Below, piece after piece: positions 8,758 to 17,196 of a stretch of DNA of 37,564 bases. How positions within the stretch are numbered: position 1 is the first letter of the stretch; every line of letters starts with the position of its first letter. The notes under the pieces are model-generated. The model made no database searches. It had not been told where the DNA came from and was given only the letters and a program-made list of their open reading frames with translations. Position numbers and translations under genes: made by a program. This DNA is from a virus (lineage: Duplodnaviria; Heunggongvirae; Uroviricota; Caudoviricetes), in the IMG/VR virus record IMGVR_UViG_2684622670_000021, positions 1-37,564 of that record. One strand, given 5' to 3'.

Positions 8758-9410
8758 TGAGTAATAAATATTGCCAGGCGCTGGTGGAACTGCGGAATAA
8801 ACCAGCCCATGAACTGAAGGAAGTGGGAGATCAGTGGCGCACGCCGGATAACATTTTCTGGGGAATTAACACCCTGTTTGGTCCGTTTGTTCTGGATCTG
8901 TTCACTGACGGTGATAACGCCAAATGTGCCGCGTATTACACGGCGGAAGACAACGCGCTGGCGCATGACTGGTCAGAACGTCTTGCGGAGCTTAAAGGTG
9001 CTGCCTTTGGTAATCCCCCATACAGCCGCGCCAGTCAGCATGAGGGGCAATACATCACCGGCATGCGTTACATCATGAAGCATGCCAGTGCCATGCGTGA
9101 TAAAGGCGGGCGCTATGTTTTCCTGATCAAAGCTGCCACCAGCGAAGTGTGGTGGCCGGAAGATGCAGACCATATTGCTTTTATTCGCGGGCGTATTGGT
9201 TTTGAACTGCCTGTCTGGTTTATCCCGAAAGACGAGAAGCAGGTGCCGACAGGAGCGTTCTTCGCTGGTGCTATTGCTGTTTTCGATAAGACCTGGAAGG
9301 GACCGGCAATCAGCTACATCGGGCGCGATGAACTTGAGACATGTGGTGAGGCGTTTCTGGCGCAGGTTCGCCAGCAGGCGGAAAAACTGGTCAGGGAGAT
9401 GGCGGCATGA
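8757..9410 (+). CDS. Phage DNA N6-adenine methyltransferase (Dam family)
   Basis: Catalytic NPPY motif (FGNPPYSRA); TAATG-coupled start (MSNKYCQALVELRNK). Confidence 0.8.
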   Translation: MSNKYCQALVELRNKPAHELKEVGDQWRTPDNIFWGINTLFGPFVLDLFTDGDNAKCAAYYTAEDNALAHDWSERLAELKGAAFGNPPYSRASQHEGQYITGMRYIMKHASAMRDKGGRYVFLIKAATSEVWWPEDADHIAFIRGRIGFELPVWFIPKDEKQVPTGAFFAGAIAVFDKTWKGPAISYIGRDELETCGEAFLAQVRQQAEKLVREMAA

Positions 9411-9733
9411 CGACATTAACTCAATGCCAGCAGCAGGTGCTGGATATGCTGATTTCTTATCAGAAAGAACGTGGCTTCCCGCCAACCAATCAGGAGGTGG
9501 CTACCATGCTGGGATACCGTTCGGTGAATGCAGCGGTGGAGCATCTTCGCGCACTGGAGAAAAAAGGCGTCATCACGATAAAGCGTGGCGTGGCACGGGG
9601 GATAACGCTTCATACCGCGGTGAAGGACGACGACAGCGAGGCGGTCGGGATTATCCGCTCACTGCTTGCCGGTGAGGAAAACGCCAGGCTGCGTGCAGCC
9701 CACTGGTTACATGAGAGGGGCCTGAAAGTATGA
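9407..9733 (+). CDS. LexA-like winged-helix DNA-binding protein
   Basis: 108 aa; N-terminal region resembles the LexA DNA-binding domain (LTQCQQQVLDMLISYQKERGFPPTNQEVATMLGYRSVNAAVEHLRALEKKGVI); no peptidase domain. Confidence 0.5.
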   Translation: MTTLTQCQQQVLDMLISYQKERGFPPTNQEVATMLGYRSVNAAVEHLRALEKKGVITIKRGVARGITLHTAVKDDDSEAVGIIRSLLAGEENARLRAAHWLHERGLKV

Positions 9734-10119
9734 AGCTGATCCTGCCTTTTCCGCCCAGCGTGAACACGTACTGGCGACACCCCAACAAAGGGGCGTTTGC
9801 TGGTAAGAGCCTGATAAGCGCGGCGGGGCGCAAATTCCAGAGCGCGGCGTGTGCAGCAATAGTTGAGCAGTTACGTCGTCTGCCAAAACCAACGTCGGCA
9901 CCTGCTTCAGTGGAGATCGTGTTGTTTCCTCCGGATAACCGGATCCGCGATCTGGACAACTATAACAAGGCGCTGTTTGACGCCCTGACCCACGCGGGTG
10001 TGTGGGAAGACGACAGTCAGGTGAAAAGAATGCTGGTGGAGTGGGGACCGGTTATCCCGGAAGGGAAGGTCGAGATCACTATCAGTAAGTACGAGAAACC
10101 GGCGGGTGCAGCCGCCTGA
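9730..10119 (+). CDS. rusA: Holliday junction resolvase RusA
   Basis: 129-aa ORF starting MKLILPFPPSVNTYWRH with the conserved acidic residues (DLDNYNKALFDAL) typical of RusA. Confidence 0.85.
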   Translation: MKLILPFPPSVNTYWRHPNKGAFAGKSLISAAGRKFQSAACAAIVEQLRRLPKPTSAPASVEIVLFPPDNRIRDLDNYNKALFDALTHAGVWEDDSQVKRMLVEWGPVIPEGKVEITISKYEKPAGAAA

Positions 10120-10138
10120 TTAAGAGGAGAAACGAAGT

Positions 10139-10936
10139 ATGAATAATCTGATGGTTATTGATGGTATTGAAGTTCGTCGTGATGCTTATGGGCGTTACAG
10201 CCTGAACGATCTGCACAGGGCTGCCGGTTCTCTGGATAAACATAAGCCTGCATTCTGGCTCCGCAATGAGCAAACCGAACGTTTAATAAGCGAGTTGCAG
10301 ATTTGCAACTCGGTCAATATAGCGCCAGTTAACGTTATTCGTGGCGGAAATAACCAGGGGACGTATGTCTGCAAAGAACTGGTGTATGCCTATGCAATGT
10401 GGATCAGCCCGTCATTCCATCTGAAGGTGATCCGTACTTTCGATATGGTAACCAGCACACCGGAAAAATTATCCGGGCAGGCTGCTGACAAGATGCAGGC
10501 TGGCGTGATCCTGCTGGACTTTATGCGCCGGGAGTTAAACCTGTCTAACTCTTCAGTGCTTGGTGCCTGTCAGAAACTCCAGGAGGCTGTTGGCTTACCG
10601 AATCTGGCACCGCGCTATGCCATTGATGCTCCTGCTGACGCGCCTGATGGCTCAAGCCGCCCCACGCTGTCACTGAGTGCACTGCTGAAGCAGTATGGTA
10701 TCTGCCTGACAGCTAATCAGGCATATCACCAGATGGCGAAGCTGGGGATCGTTGAACAACGCGAACGATACAGCCGTACCGCGATTAACAACATCAAAAA
10801 ATTCTGGTCGCTGACGGCGAAAGGCTGCATGTTCGGCAAGAACATCACCAGTCCTGCAAATCCGCGCGAGACGCAGCCGCATTTCTTCGAATCCCGATTC
10901 CCTGAGCTGTTAAAGCTGCTCGATACCGTTCATTGA
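10139..10936 (+). CDS. KilA-N domain protein (antirepressor-like)
   Basis: N-terminus (MNNLMVIDGIEVRRDAYGRYSLNDLHRAAG...FWLRNEQTERLI) is typical of the KilA-N DNA-binding domain. Confidence 0.7.
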   Translation: MNNLMVIDGIEVRRDAYGRYSLNDLHRAAGSLDKHKPAFWLRNEQTERLISELQICNSVNIAPVNVIRGGNNQGTYVCKELVYAYAMWISPSFHLKVIRTFDMVTSTPEKLSGQAADKMQAGVILLDFMRRELNLSNSSVLGACQKLQEAVGLPNLAPRYAIDAPADAPDGSSRPTLSLSALLKQYGICLTANQAYHQMAKLGIVEQRERYSRTAINNIKKFWSLTAKGCMFGKNITSPANPRETQPHFFESRFPELLKLLDTVH

Positions 10937-10937
10937 G

Positions 10938-11846
10938 GTGACCGTGAGAGCACAACTGACCCCTGAAATTGCCCCGCGTATGGGGATCGTATTGTTCAGA
11001 CCAGGTTCAGAGCTGATGCCCCTGTTTATGCAGGGGCGTGTCCTGCTGGAGCCTGAGCCGGAACGTTATTCATCTTTCGCCAGTGGTGCCGTTCCGGCGG
11101 CATCACAACCGCTGGCGGATGATCCTGCCGTTCAGGCCGTGTTCCGCAATGAGGCAGTGATCCGTCGTGCTGGTGGCGTGGAATGTCTTGAAAGCTGGTT
11201 ACTTCGTGAAAAAGGCTGCCAGTGGCCTCATTCCGACTGGCACAGCGAGAACATGACCACAATGCGACACGCTCCGGGCGCAATCCGTCTGTGCTGGCAC
11301 TGCGATAACCAGCTGCGCGATCAGTTCACGGAACGGCTGGAATCAATGGCAACGGATAACTGTGCCCGCTGGGTGTTGTCTGTTGTGCGTCGGGATCTCG
11401 GTTTTGATGACAGTCACGTTGTGACAATGCCGGAACTGTGCTGGTGGCTGATTCGTAATGATCTGGCGGATGCCTTACCGGAAAGTGCAGCCCGTAAGGC
11501 ACTGAGATTACCGAAGCCTGTTGTGCCGTCTGTTACCCGGGAAAGTGACCTTGTGCCTTCGGTTCCTGCCACCAGCATCATCCAGGATAAGGCGAAAAAG
11601 GTGCTGGCGCTGAAAGTGGAGCCGGAGTCGCCGGAGTCTTTTATGTTACGCCCCAAACGTCGCCGCTGGGTTAATGAAAAGTACACGCGCTGGGTTAAGA
11701 CACAGCCGTGTGCATGTTGTGGAAAGCCTGCTGATGATCCCCACCACCTGATAGGCCACGGTCAGGGGGGAATGAGTACAAAAGCGCATGACCTCTTTGT
11801 GTTGCCTTTGTGCAGAAAGCATCACGACGAGCTGCATGCGGTTTGA
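10938..11846 (+). CDS. DUF968-like protein with C-terminal Cys/His-rich (HNH-like) motif
   Basis: 302-aa ORF; C-terminal CACCGKPADDPHHLIGHGQGG...LCRKHHDELH resembles the DUF968 family of lambdoid nin regions; GTG start. Confidence 0.5.
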   Translation: MTVRAQLTPEIAPRMGIVLFRPGSELMPLFMQGRVLLEPEPERYSSFASGAVPAASQPLADDPAVQAVFRNEAVIRRAGGVECLESWLLREKGCQWPHSDWHSENMTTMRHAPGAIRLCWHCDNQLRDQFTERLESMATDNCARWVLSVVRRDLGFDDSHVVTMPELCWWLIRNDLADALPESAARKALRLPKPVVPSVTRESDLVPSVPATSIIQDKAKKVLALKVEPESPESFMLRPKRRRWVNEKYTRWVKTQPCACCGKPADDPHHLIGHGQGGMSTKAHDLFVLPLCRKHHDELHAV

Positions 11847-11939
11847 AGAGAAGTATGGCTCCCAGCTGGAGCTGATATTTCGTTTTATCGACCGTGCGTT
11901 GGCAATTGGTGTGCTAGCCTGATTTGGTGGAGAAAGTTG

Positions 11940-12305
11940 ATGCGTGATATTCAGATGGTTCTGGAGCGTTGGGGGGCATGGGCGGCGAGTGATAGTTCAG
12001 GCGTTGATTATTCACCTATAGCCGCTGGGTTTAAGGGACTTCTTCCCTATACAAGCAAGAAACGCTTGGCTTGTTCGGATAGTGATGCCTTAATTATTGA
12101 AGGTTGTCTTGCTCGTCTAAAGCAAAAAAGGCCGGACGAACATTCGCTTCTTGTTGCCCATTACCTATACGGTATCTCCAAAAGAAAGCTCGCCAAGGCT
12201 CGTAAAAAAGATGAGAAATTGATACGTATAGAAATACAGCTAGCCGAAGGATTTATTGATGGCTGCCTTTCCATGCTAGATCTAACATTAGATTTGGACG
12301 TTTAA
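11940..12305 (+). CDS. Q: Late-gene antiterminator Q
   Basis: 121-aa ORF (MRDIQMVLERWGAWAASDSS...) matching the phage antitermination Q family from memory; located after the nin-like genes and before the lysis cassette. Confidence 0.7.
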   Translation: MRDIQMVLERWGAWAASDSSGVDYSPIAAGFKGLLPYTSKKRLACSDSDALIIEGCLARLKQKRPDEHSLLVAHYLYGISKRKLAKARKKDEKLIRIEIQLAEGFIDGCLSMLDLTLDLDV

Positions 12306-12307
12306 TA

Positions 12308-12336
12308 ATACGCCCCTGCATGGGGCGTATTATTTA
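12308..12336. terminator. Bidirectional intrinsic terminator between Q and the KAP NTPase gene
   Basis: 9-bp stem ATACGCCCC / GGGGCGTAT with a 5-nt loop, flanked by A/T-rich runs on both sides; lies between two convergent stop codons. Confidence 0.55.
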
Positions 12337-13665
12337 CTGGATGAATGACATTTGATTAATATATTTTATCAATAACTCTCTGGGTGTAGTACTCCAAAAA
12401 TTTATGTGTTCATAATCAGTATAAACATTTGTGAATTTTTTAAGTTCTTCATCACTTTTAGGGGCAAATCGCTCATTAAGAGTAATACTGTCTTTAATTA
12501 TTCCGAAGAATACAATGGATATTTCAGGGATTTGCGATCTTCTCTCATAAGAATAAGGTATTTCTTTTATGTTAAGCAGGTCTGCTAAATAAGATATAGA
12601 TTCAGCGGTAATTTCTTGTTTTAGTTTTTCCTTGTTACCAAAGCAATGTATGAAGGCAGCTACGACAAAGATCATATTTATTAAAGGATTACTGCTTTTG
12701 TTCTCATCGTCGTTTAACAGTTGAAAAATGTTAAGATTGCGTGAAAATGTTTGTGTTTCACGTAATGATAAGTTGGTTCGTTGAATTAAATCACGGATAA
12801 AGCAACCTGATAATCTATTGATTTTATTCAATAAACTTGTTTTTTCTACAAGATAATCCCAATATATAACAGAGGCTTTACATACGTTGTGACCATTTAT
12901 CAAACATGTATCTGGAAGCGTGATGGTATATTTTATAAACTTGTCAAGATATTTTTGTGAGTTAATGCTGTAACCATAAATATGATTTATAGATGCTTTT
13001 AATTGTTCTGTGTTTGTAACTAAAATAAAAAAGACATTATTGATGTCAAAAATGTGTTTTATTGTTTCAATGACATTTGTTGAAAAACTCGGCTTACATC
13101 GGTCTAATTCATCAATTATAATTACGATTTTTTGATTTTTTGATATACTTTCGATGCAGGATTTAAGTGAATTTATGTTTTTCTCTGAGTCCATATGGTC
13201 TTCAAGCAAATTTTCAATAGTCCCATCTATTGCTGCATTGCTTGCTTTCTTCATCGCATCTTGGAATTCTTCGGCAACTTCACTAGCCTCCTGTCGTAAA
13301 AACCAACCTGCACCAGCTTTTAGTACCGTTTTTAAACCAAAGCGAATTGCAGGAAGAGATCTCTTAATGAAGTGTTGTTTTTCTTCCTCAGGCAAAATGC
13401 TGGCAATTGCAGAGGTTATGAGAAGTAATGGAGATTCTGCATGATCCCCTTTAAAGGCATCAATATAAACAACTTTAGATTCAGTTTCTTGCTCAATAAT
13501 GAGATTTTTCAGTTTGATACTAAATTCTGTTTTCCCTGTTCCCCATGCGCCGTCTATTACCAGTGGTGAAATGTCTGCCTCTGGTTTTAGCAACTTGATG
13601 ATATTTTCAGCGATGTTTCTTCGTTGGAACTCGTCACGTTCAGTGAAAGATAGTGTATCTAACAT
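12334..13665 (-). CDS. KAP-family P-loop NTPase (cargo/moron gene)
   Basis: 443-aa ORF with Walker A GAWGTGKT and Walker B followed by the KAP-typical DRC (IVIIIDELDRC); strongly AT-rich; antisense to the late operon. Confidence 0.75.
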   Translation of the reverse strand: MLDTLSFTERDEFQRRNIAENIIKLLKPEADISPLVIDGAWGTGKTEFSIKLKNLIIEQETESKVVYIDAFKGDHAESPLLLITSAIASILPEEEKQHFIKRSLPAIRFGLKTVLKAGAGWFLRQEASEVAEEFQDAMKKASNAAIDGTIENLLEDHMDSEKNINSLKSCIESISKNQKIVIIIDELDRCKPSFSTNVIETIKHIFDINNVFFILVTNTEQLKASINHIYGYSINSQKYLDKFIKYTITLPDTCLINGHNVCKASVIYWDYLVEKTSLLNKINRLSGCFIRDLIQRTNLSLRETQTFSRNLNIFQLLNDDENKSSNPLINMIFVVAAFIHCFGNKEKLKQEITAESISYLADLLNIKEIPYSYERRSQIPEISIVFFGIIKDSITLNERFAPKSDEELKKFTNVYTDYEHINFWSTTPRELLIKYINQMSFIQ

Positions 13666-13727
13666 AATATAAACCTATTAACTCCTACAGTAAAAAACGA
13701 ATAATACGACTTTGGGATTAAAAATCA

Positions 13728-13756
13728 TTAACGCGGTCCGCAAAAATTCTTGTAAT
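13728..13756 (+). promoter_or_regulatory. Candidate late promoter pR' (TTAACG -17 bp- TGTAAT)
   Basis: Sigma70-like hexamers with 17-bp spacing about 35 bp upstream of a strong terminator hairpin, the arrangement expected for pR'/qut/tR'. Sequence inspection only. Confidence 0.3.
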
Positions 13757-13788
13757 CTGTTAAGAGTGGTTACTTCGCCACACAGCTT

Positions 13789-13823
13789 AAACCCGCCGTC
13801 GAGCGGGTTTTGTCGTTTTTGTT
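13789..13823 (+). terminator. Intrinsic terminator (tR'-like) upstream of the lysis genes
   Basis: AAACCCGC-CGTCGA-GCGGGTTT followed by TGTCGTTTTTGTT. Confidence 0.55.
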
Positions 13824-13961
13824 GCTGGGGATTCGTTGGGCCTGGCCTATCCCGCAGTTATCCATTGGTTCGGCTCTTTGACGTTTCCGCTTCTGATTTG
13901 CGGTACATGATGTTCCCTCATTTTGCACCTGCTGTATCAGCGAGGTGAGAGATAACTACAA

Positions 13962-14288
13962 ATGCCTCATAACCCAAATACCTGGTTGGAGTTGGTCCAG
14001 AGCTGGTGGCGTGGAGACACACCGCTGGGCGCAGTGATTATGTCGATTGTTATGGCTGGTTTACGTATTGCCTATTTTGGCGGTGGTGGGGGCTGGAAAC
14101 GAAAAACACTCGAAATTCTACTCTGTGGCGCTCTGACGCTGACTTTTGCATCCGCTCTTGAGTATGTCGGATGGCCTAAATCACTTTCTGTTGCCATTGG
14201 TGGTGGTGTTGGGCTGATCGGTGTCGATGCTATTCGTGGGGCAGCAATGCGAGTAATCGGTAACAAATTTGGTAGCTCGAAGGAGTAA
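13962..14288 (+). CDS. Putative holin
   Basis: 108-aa ORF with hydrophobic and Gly-rich segments immediately upstream of the endolysin gene. Confidence 0.6.
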   Translation: MPHNPNTWLELVQSWWRGDTPLGAVIMSIVMAGLRIAYFGGGGGWKRKTLEILLCGALTLTFASALEYVGWPKSLSVAIGGGVGLIGVDAIRGAAMRVIGNKFGSSKE

Positions 14289-14291
14289 TTT

Positions 14292-14768
14292 ATGCAGGCA
14301 CTAAATTCCCAGCGTAAAGCTTTCCTTGATATGGTGGCATGGTCAGAAGGAACGGATAACGGGCGACAACCGACACGTAACCACGGTTATGACGTTATTG
14401 TTGGTGGTGAACTGTTTACTGATTACTCCGATCATCCTCGCAAACTTGTCACGCTAAACTCCAAACTCAAATCAACAGCCGCCGGACGTTACCAGCTTCT
14501 TTCACGTTGGTGGGATGCTTACCGTAAACAGCTTGGTTTGAAAGACTTCTCCCCCAAAAGCCAGGACGCTGTGGCATTGCAGCAGATTAAAGAACGTGGC
14601 GCTTTACCGATGATTGATCGTGGTGATATTCGTCAGGCTATCGACCGTTGCAGCAATATCTGGGCTTCGTTGCCGGGCGCTGGTTACGGTCAGTATGAAC
14701 ATAAAATTGGTGACCTGATTGCCAGGTTTAAAGAGGTTGGCGGGGTGGTAAATGAAGTTGAGCTATAA
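14292..14768 (+). CDS. R: Endolysin, lambda R-type lytic transglycosylase
   Basis: MQALNSQRKAFLDMVAWSEGTDNGRQPTRNHGYDVIVGGELFTDYSDHPRKLV... is near-identical in pattern to lambda R as recalled. Confidence 0.9.
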   Translation: MQALNSQRKAFLDMVAWSEGTDNGRQPTRNHGYDVIVGGELFTDYSDHPRKLVTLNSKLKSTAAGRYQLLSRWWDAYRKQLGLKDFSPKSQDAVALQQIKERGALPMIDRGDIRQAIDRCSNIWASLPGAGYGQYEHKIGDLIARFKEVGGVVNEVEL

Positions 14769-15213
14769 GCTAGTTATCGCTGCTTTCTTCGTTACTATTA
14801 TTGGTTCTTTCATCTGGTCAGCGAATCATTACCACAATCAAGCCATTGAATACAAAAAGCAGCGCGACGAAAACGCTATGGCATTACATTCGGCTATGGC
14901 GACGATCTCTGATATGCAGAAGCGTCAACGTGACGTAGCTGAACTTGACGCCAGATACACAAAGGAGCTTGCTGATGCTAACACGACTCTCGAAAGTCTC
15001 CGTACTGATGTCTCTGCTGGTCGTAAGCGCTTGCAAATCGCCGCCACCTGTGCAAAGTCAACGACCGGAGCCAGCGGCATGGGCTATGGAGAAAGTCCAA
15101 GACTTACAGCTGATGCTGAACTCAATTATTACCGCCTCCGAAGTGGGATCGACAAGATAACTGCACAGGTTAACTATTTGCAGGAGTACATCAAGACACA
15201 GTGCCAGAAATGA
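14752..15213 (+). CDS. Rz: Spanin inner-membrane subunit Rz
   Basis: 153-aa ORF overlapping the endolysin stop, with an N-terminal TM segment and coiled-coil character. Confidence 0.8.
   Translation: MKLSYKLVIAAFFVTIIGSFIWSANHYHNQAIEYKKQRDENAMALHSAMATISDMQKRQRDVAELDARYTKELADANTTLESLRTDVSAGRKRLQIAATCAKSTTGASGMGYGESPRLTADAELNYYRLRSGIDKITAQVNYLQEYIKTQCQK
14975..15160 (+). CDS. Rz1: Spanin outer-membrane lipoprotein Rz1 (embedded in Rz)
   Basis: ORF in the +1 frame wholly within Rz; ATG with AGGAG SD; lipobox (LLVVSAC) then a proline-rich stretch (KSPPPVQSQRPEP). Confidence 0.7.
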   Translation: MLTRLSKVSVLMSLLVVSACKSPPPVQSQRPEPAAWAMEKVQDLQLMLNSIITASEVGSTR

Positions 15214-15285
15214 ATCTATAGATGACACTCCACGTTCGTATAAGATAATGCTAAATTACTATTAGCTTAATCACAGGAGACGGAC

Positions 15286-16149
15286 ATGGAAAGAGGTGTG
15301 GTATTTAGTGCATGCGAATTACTTAAAACCGAGGATGGAAAAGGCATCCGTACAGGTAAATGGATTAGTCAATTAGAAATAAACTGTCTATGTCTTTATT
15401 GGGATAAACTAGTTTCACCCACTAATAATATTATACATACAGCATTAAATAACGAGGATGAATTAGAAAAATGTGGATTGCTAACCAGACCTGTATATAG
15501 ACATCATGGTTGTTTTGATGGCCAATATATGGCTGATTTTTATGCTGAAACTCATGCCAAAACAATAGATATACTTAGGCATGCGGATTCTTCTGTCGAT
15601 TGGCGCATGCATTTTTTAAGTGACCAAATAAACTTGGTGCCTGAATTATCTAGAACCTCAGAAGTGATACGTTTTGAGCTAGCAAATTTATTACCCGTTC
15701 CCACAGAAGATGTGCACCTACATGATATTCTTGATTTCAAGGAAAGAAGAAAACCTGAATTAATCGCTTTACATGAATATCTTGATGAGCTTTACTTGGA
15801 AATAAAACGTTCTGGTGATATCAATCTTCAGAAAGCAAAAGCTCTTTCTAATCTTAAACAAGCAATAAAGGATATTGAACGCTTAAATTGTGAAGTGTGG
15901 AAAAGTCCAATAAAATTTAGCATCTCTACTTCCTTTGAGTTCGATTTTTCACAAATATTTAGTCTGGCGGGAACTGTTTTATCTATGTCAGTAGATTATC
16001 CTTATAATGTTATTGGAGGGGTAAGTAGTTTTGCTTATTTTTTGGGAGGATGCATAAAAATAAAGCCACAATTTCAACAAGTGTTATCATTAGGTAATGA
16101 TAAATTAGTTTACATAAGCAAAGGAAAATCGGAGGGTATTATTTCCTGA
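15286..16149 (+). CDS. Hypothetical protein (287 aa), AT-rich moron between lysis and packaging genes
   Basis: Clear SD (AGGAGA) and ATG; markedly lower GC than the flanking lambda-like genes; no recognisable domain by eye. Confidence 0.55.
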   Translation: MERGVVFSACELLKTEDGKGIRTGKWISQLEINCLCLYWDKLVSPTNNIIHTALNNEDELEKCGLLTRPVYRHHGCFDGQYMADFYAETHAKTIDILRHADSSVDWRMHFLSDQINLVPELSRTSEVIRFELANLLPVPTEDVHLHDILDFKERRKPELIALHEYLDELYLEIKRSGDINLQKAKALSNLKQAIKDIERLNCEVWKSPIKFSISTSFEFDFSQIFSLAGTVLSMSVDYPYNVIGGVSSFAYFLGGCIKIKPQFQQVLSLGNDKLVYISKGKSEGIIS

Positions 16150-16225
16150 TTTTTGATTCTCATAATCAATGAATGTTTTTTGTGAATATACTTATTTTAA
16201 CCCTATAAATAATCAAGGTAATAAA

Positions 16226-16576
16226 GTGCCTCCTCGTATCCCGAAAGCCTGCCGTGCTCGAGGTTGCCGTAATACCACCACAGACCCGTCAGGCTACTGC
16301 GAAAGCCACAAAAGCGAAGGCTGGAAGCAATACAAGCCAGGCCAGTCCCGACACCAGCGCGGTTATGGTGCGAAATGGGATGTTATCCGTGAACGTGTGC
16401 TCAAGCGTGACAAAGGCCTGTGTCAGTTGTGTTTGCGTGCCGGTGTGGTGCGCGAGGCGAAAACCGTTGACCACATCATCCCTAAAGCACATGGCGGCAC
16501 TGATGCCGACAGTAATCTGCAGAGTCTGTGCTGGCCGTGTCATAAGGCGAAGACGGCCCGTGAACGGTTGAAGTAA
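16226..16576 (+). CDS. HNH endonuclease (terminase-associated)
   Basis: HNH motifs (CQLCLRAGVVREAKTVDHIIPKAHGGTDADSNLQSLCWPCHKAKT); GTG start after AAGG preferred over the upstream ATG at 16169, which lies in AT-rich sequence. Confidence 0.75.
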   Translation: MPPRIPKACRARGCRNTTTDPSGYCESHKSEGWKQYKPGQSRHQRGYGAKWDVIRERVLKRDKGLCQLCLRAGVVREAKTVDHIIPKAHGGTDADSNLQSLCWPCHKAKTARERLK

Positions 16577-16701
16577 GAACCAGTTCCCACTGCCAGAGGG
16601 GAGGGGCGGGTCAAATCCCTGTGACCTGACGTCTTCCGGACTGCCCGCCCCATCGTTTTTTTATACCCGCGAAAAATGAAATTTAACCAGGAGTGCCGCA
16701 T

Positions 16702-17196
16702 ATGGCTGGAACGGCGGGGCGTTCCGGGCGTCGCCCCAAGCCAACGGCGCGCAAGGCGCTGGCCGGAAACCCCGGCAAGCGAGCCCTGAATAAAGATGAA
16801 CCTGTTTTTACGCCCATCAAAGGTGTTGAGCCACCGGAGTGGTTCGCTGAAGAAGATCTCCCTCTCGCCACGATCATGTGGCAACTGACAACCAAAGAAC
16901 TCTGCGGTCAGAGCCTGCTGTGCGTGACTGACCTCGCGGTGCTTGAGCGGTGGTGCGTGGCCTACGAGTTCTGGCGGCGTGCCGTGAAAAATATTGCCAG
17001 ACAGGGCAACACCATCACCGGTGCAATGGGTGGCATGGTCAAAAATCCGGAGCTGACCGCCAAGAAAGAACAGGAGTCCGAGATGAGCAGCACGGGGGCA
17101 ATGCTCGGACTCGACCCCAGCAGCCGCCAGCGTCTGATTGGCCTGGCGGGGCAGAAGAAAGCCACTAACCCGTTTCTGAAAATCATCGAATCATGA
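16702..17196 (+). CDS. Terminase small subunit (P27 family)
   Basis: [34 protein letters not shown] is the P27-family N-terminus; ATG after AGGAG; overlaps the large-subunit start. Confidence 0.8.
   Translation: MAGTAGRSGRRPKPTARKALAGNPGKRALNKDEPVFTPIKGVEPPEWFAEEDLPLATIMWQLTTKELCGQSLLCVTDLAVLERWCVAYEFWRRAVKNIARQGNTITGAMGGMVKNPELTAKKEQESEMSSTGAMLGLDPSSRQRLIGLAGQKKATNPFLKIIES

Noticed and set aside
16254-16571. ORFs 16254-16571 (+) and 16289-16543 (-) overlapping the HNH endonuclease gene
   Set aside because: Alternative-frame and antisense shadow ORFs within a gene that has clear HNH motifs in its own frame.
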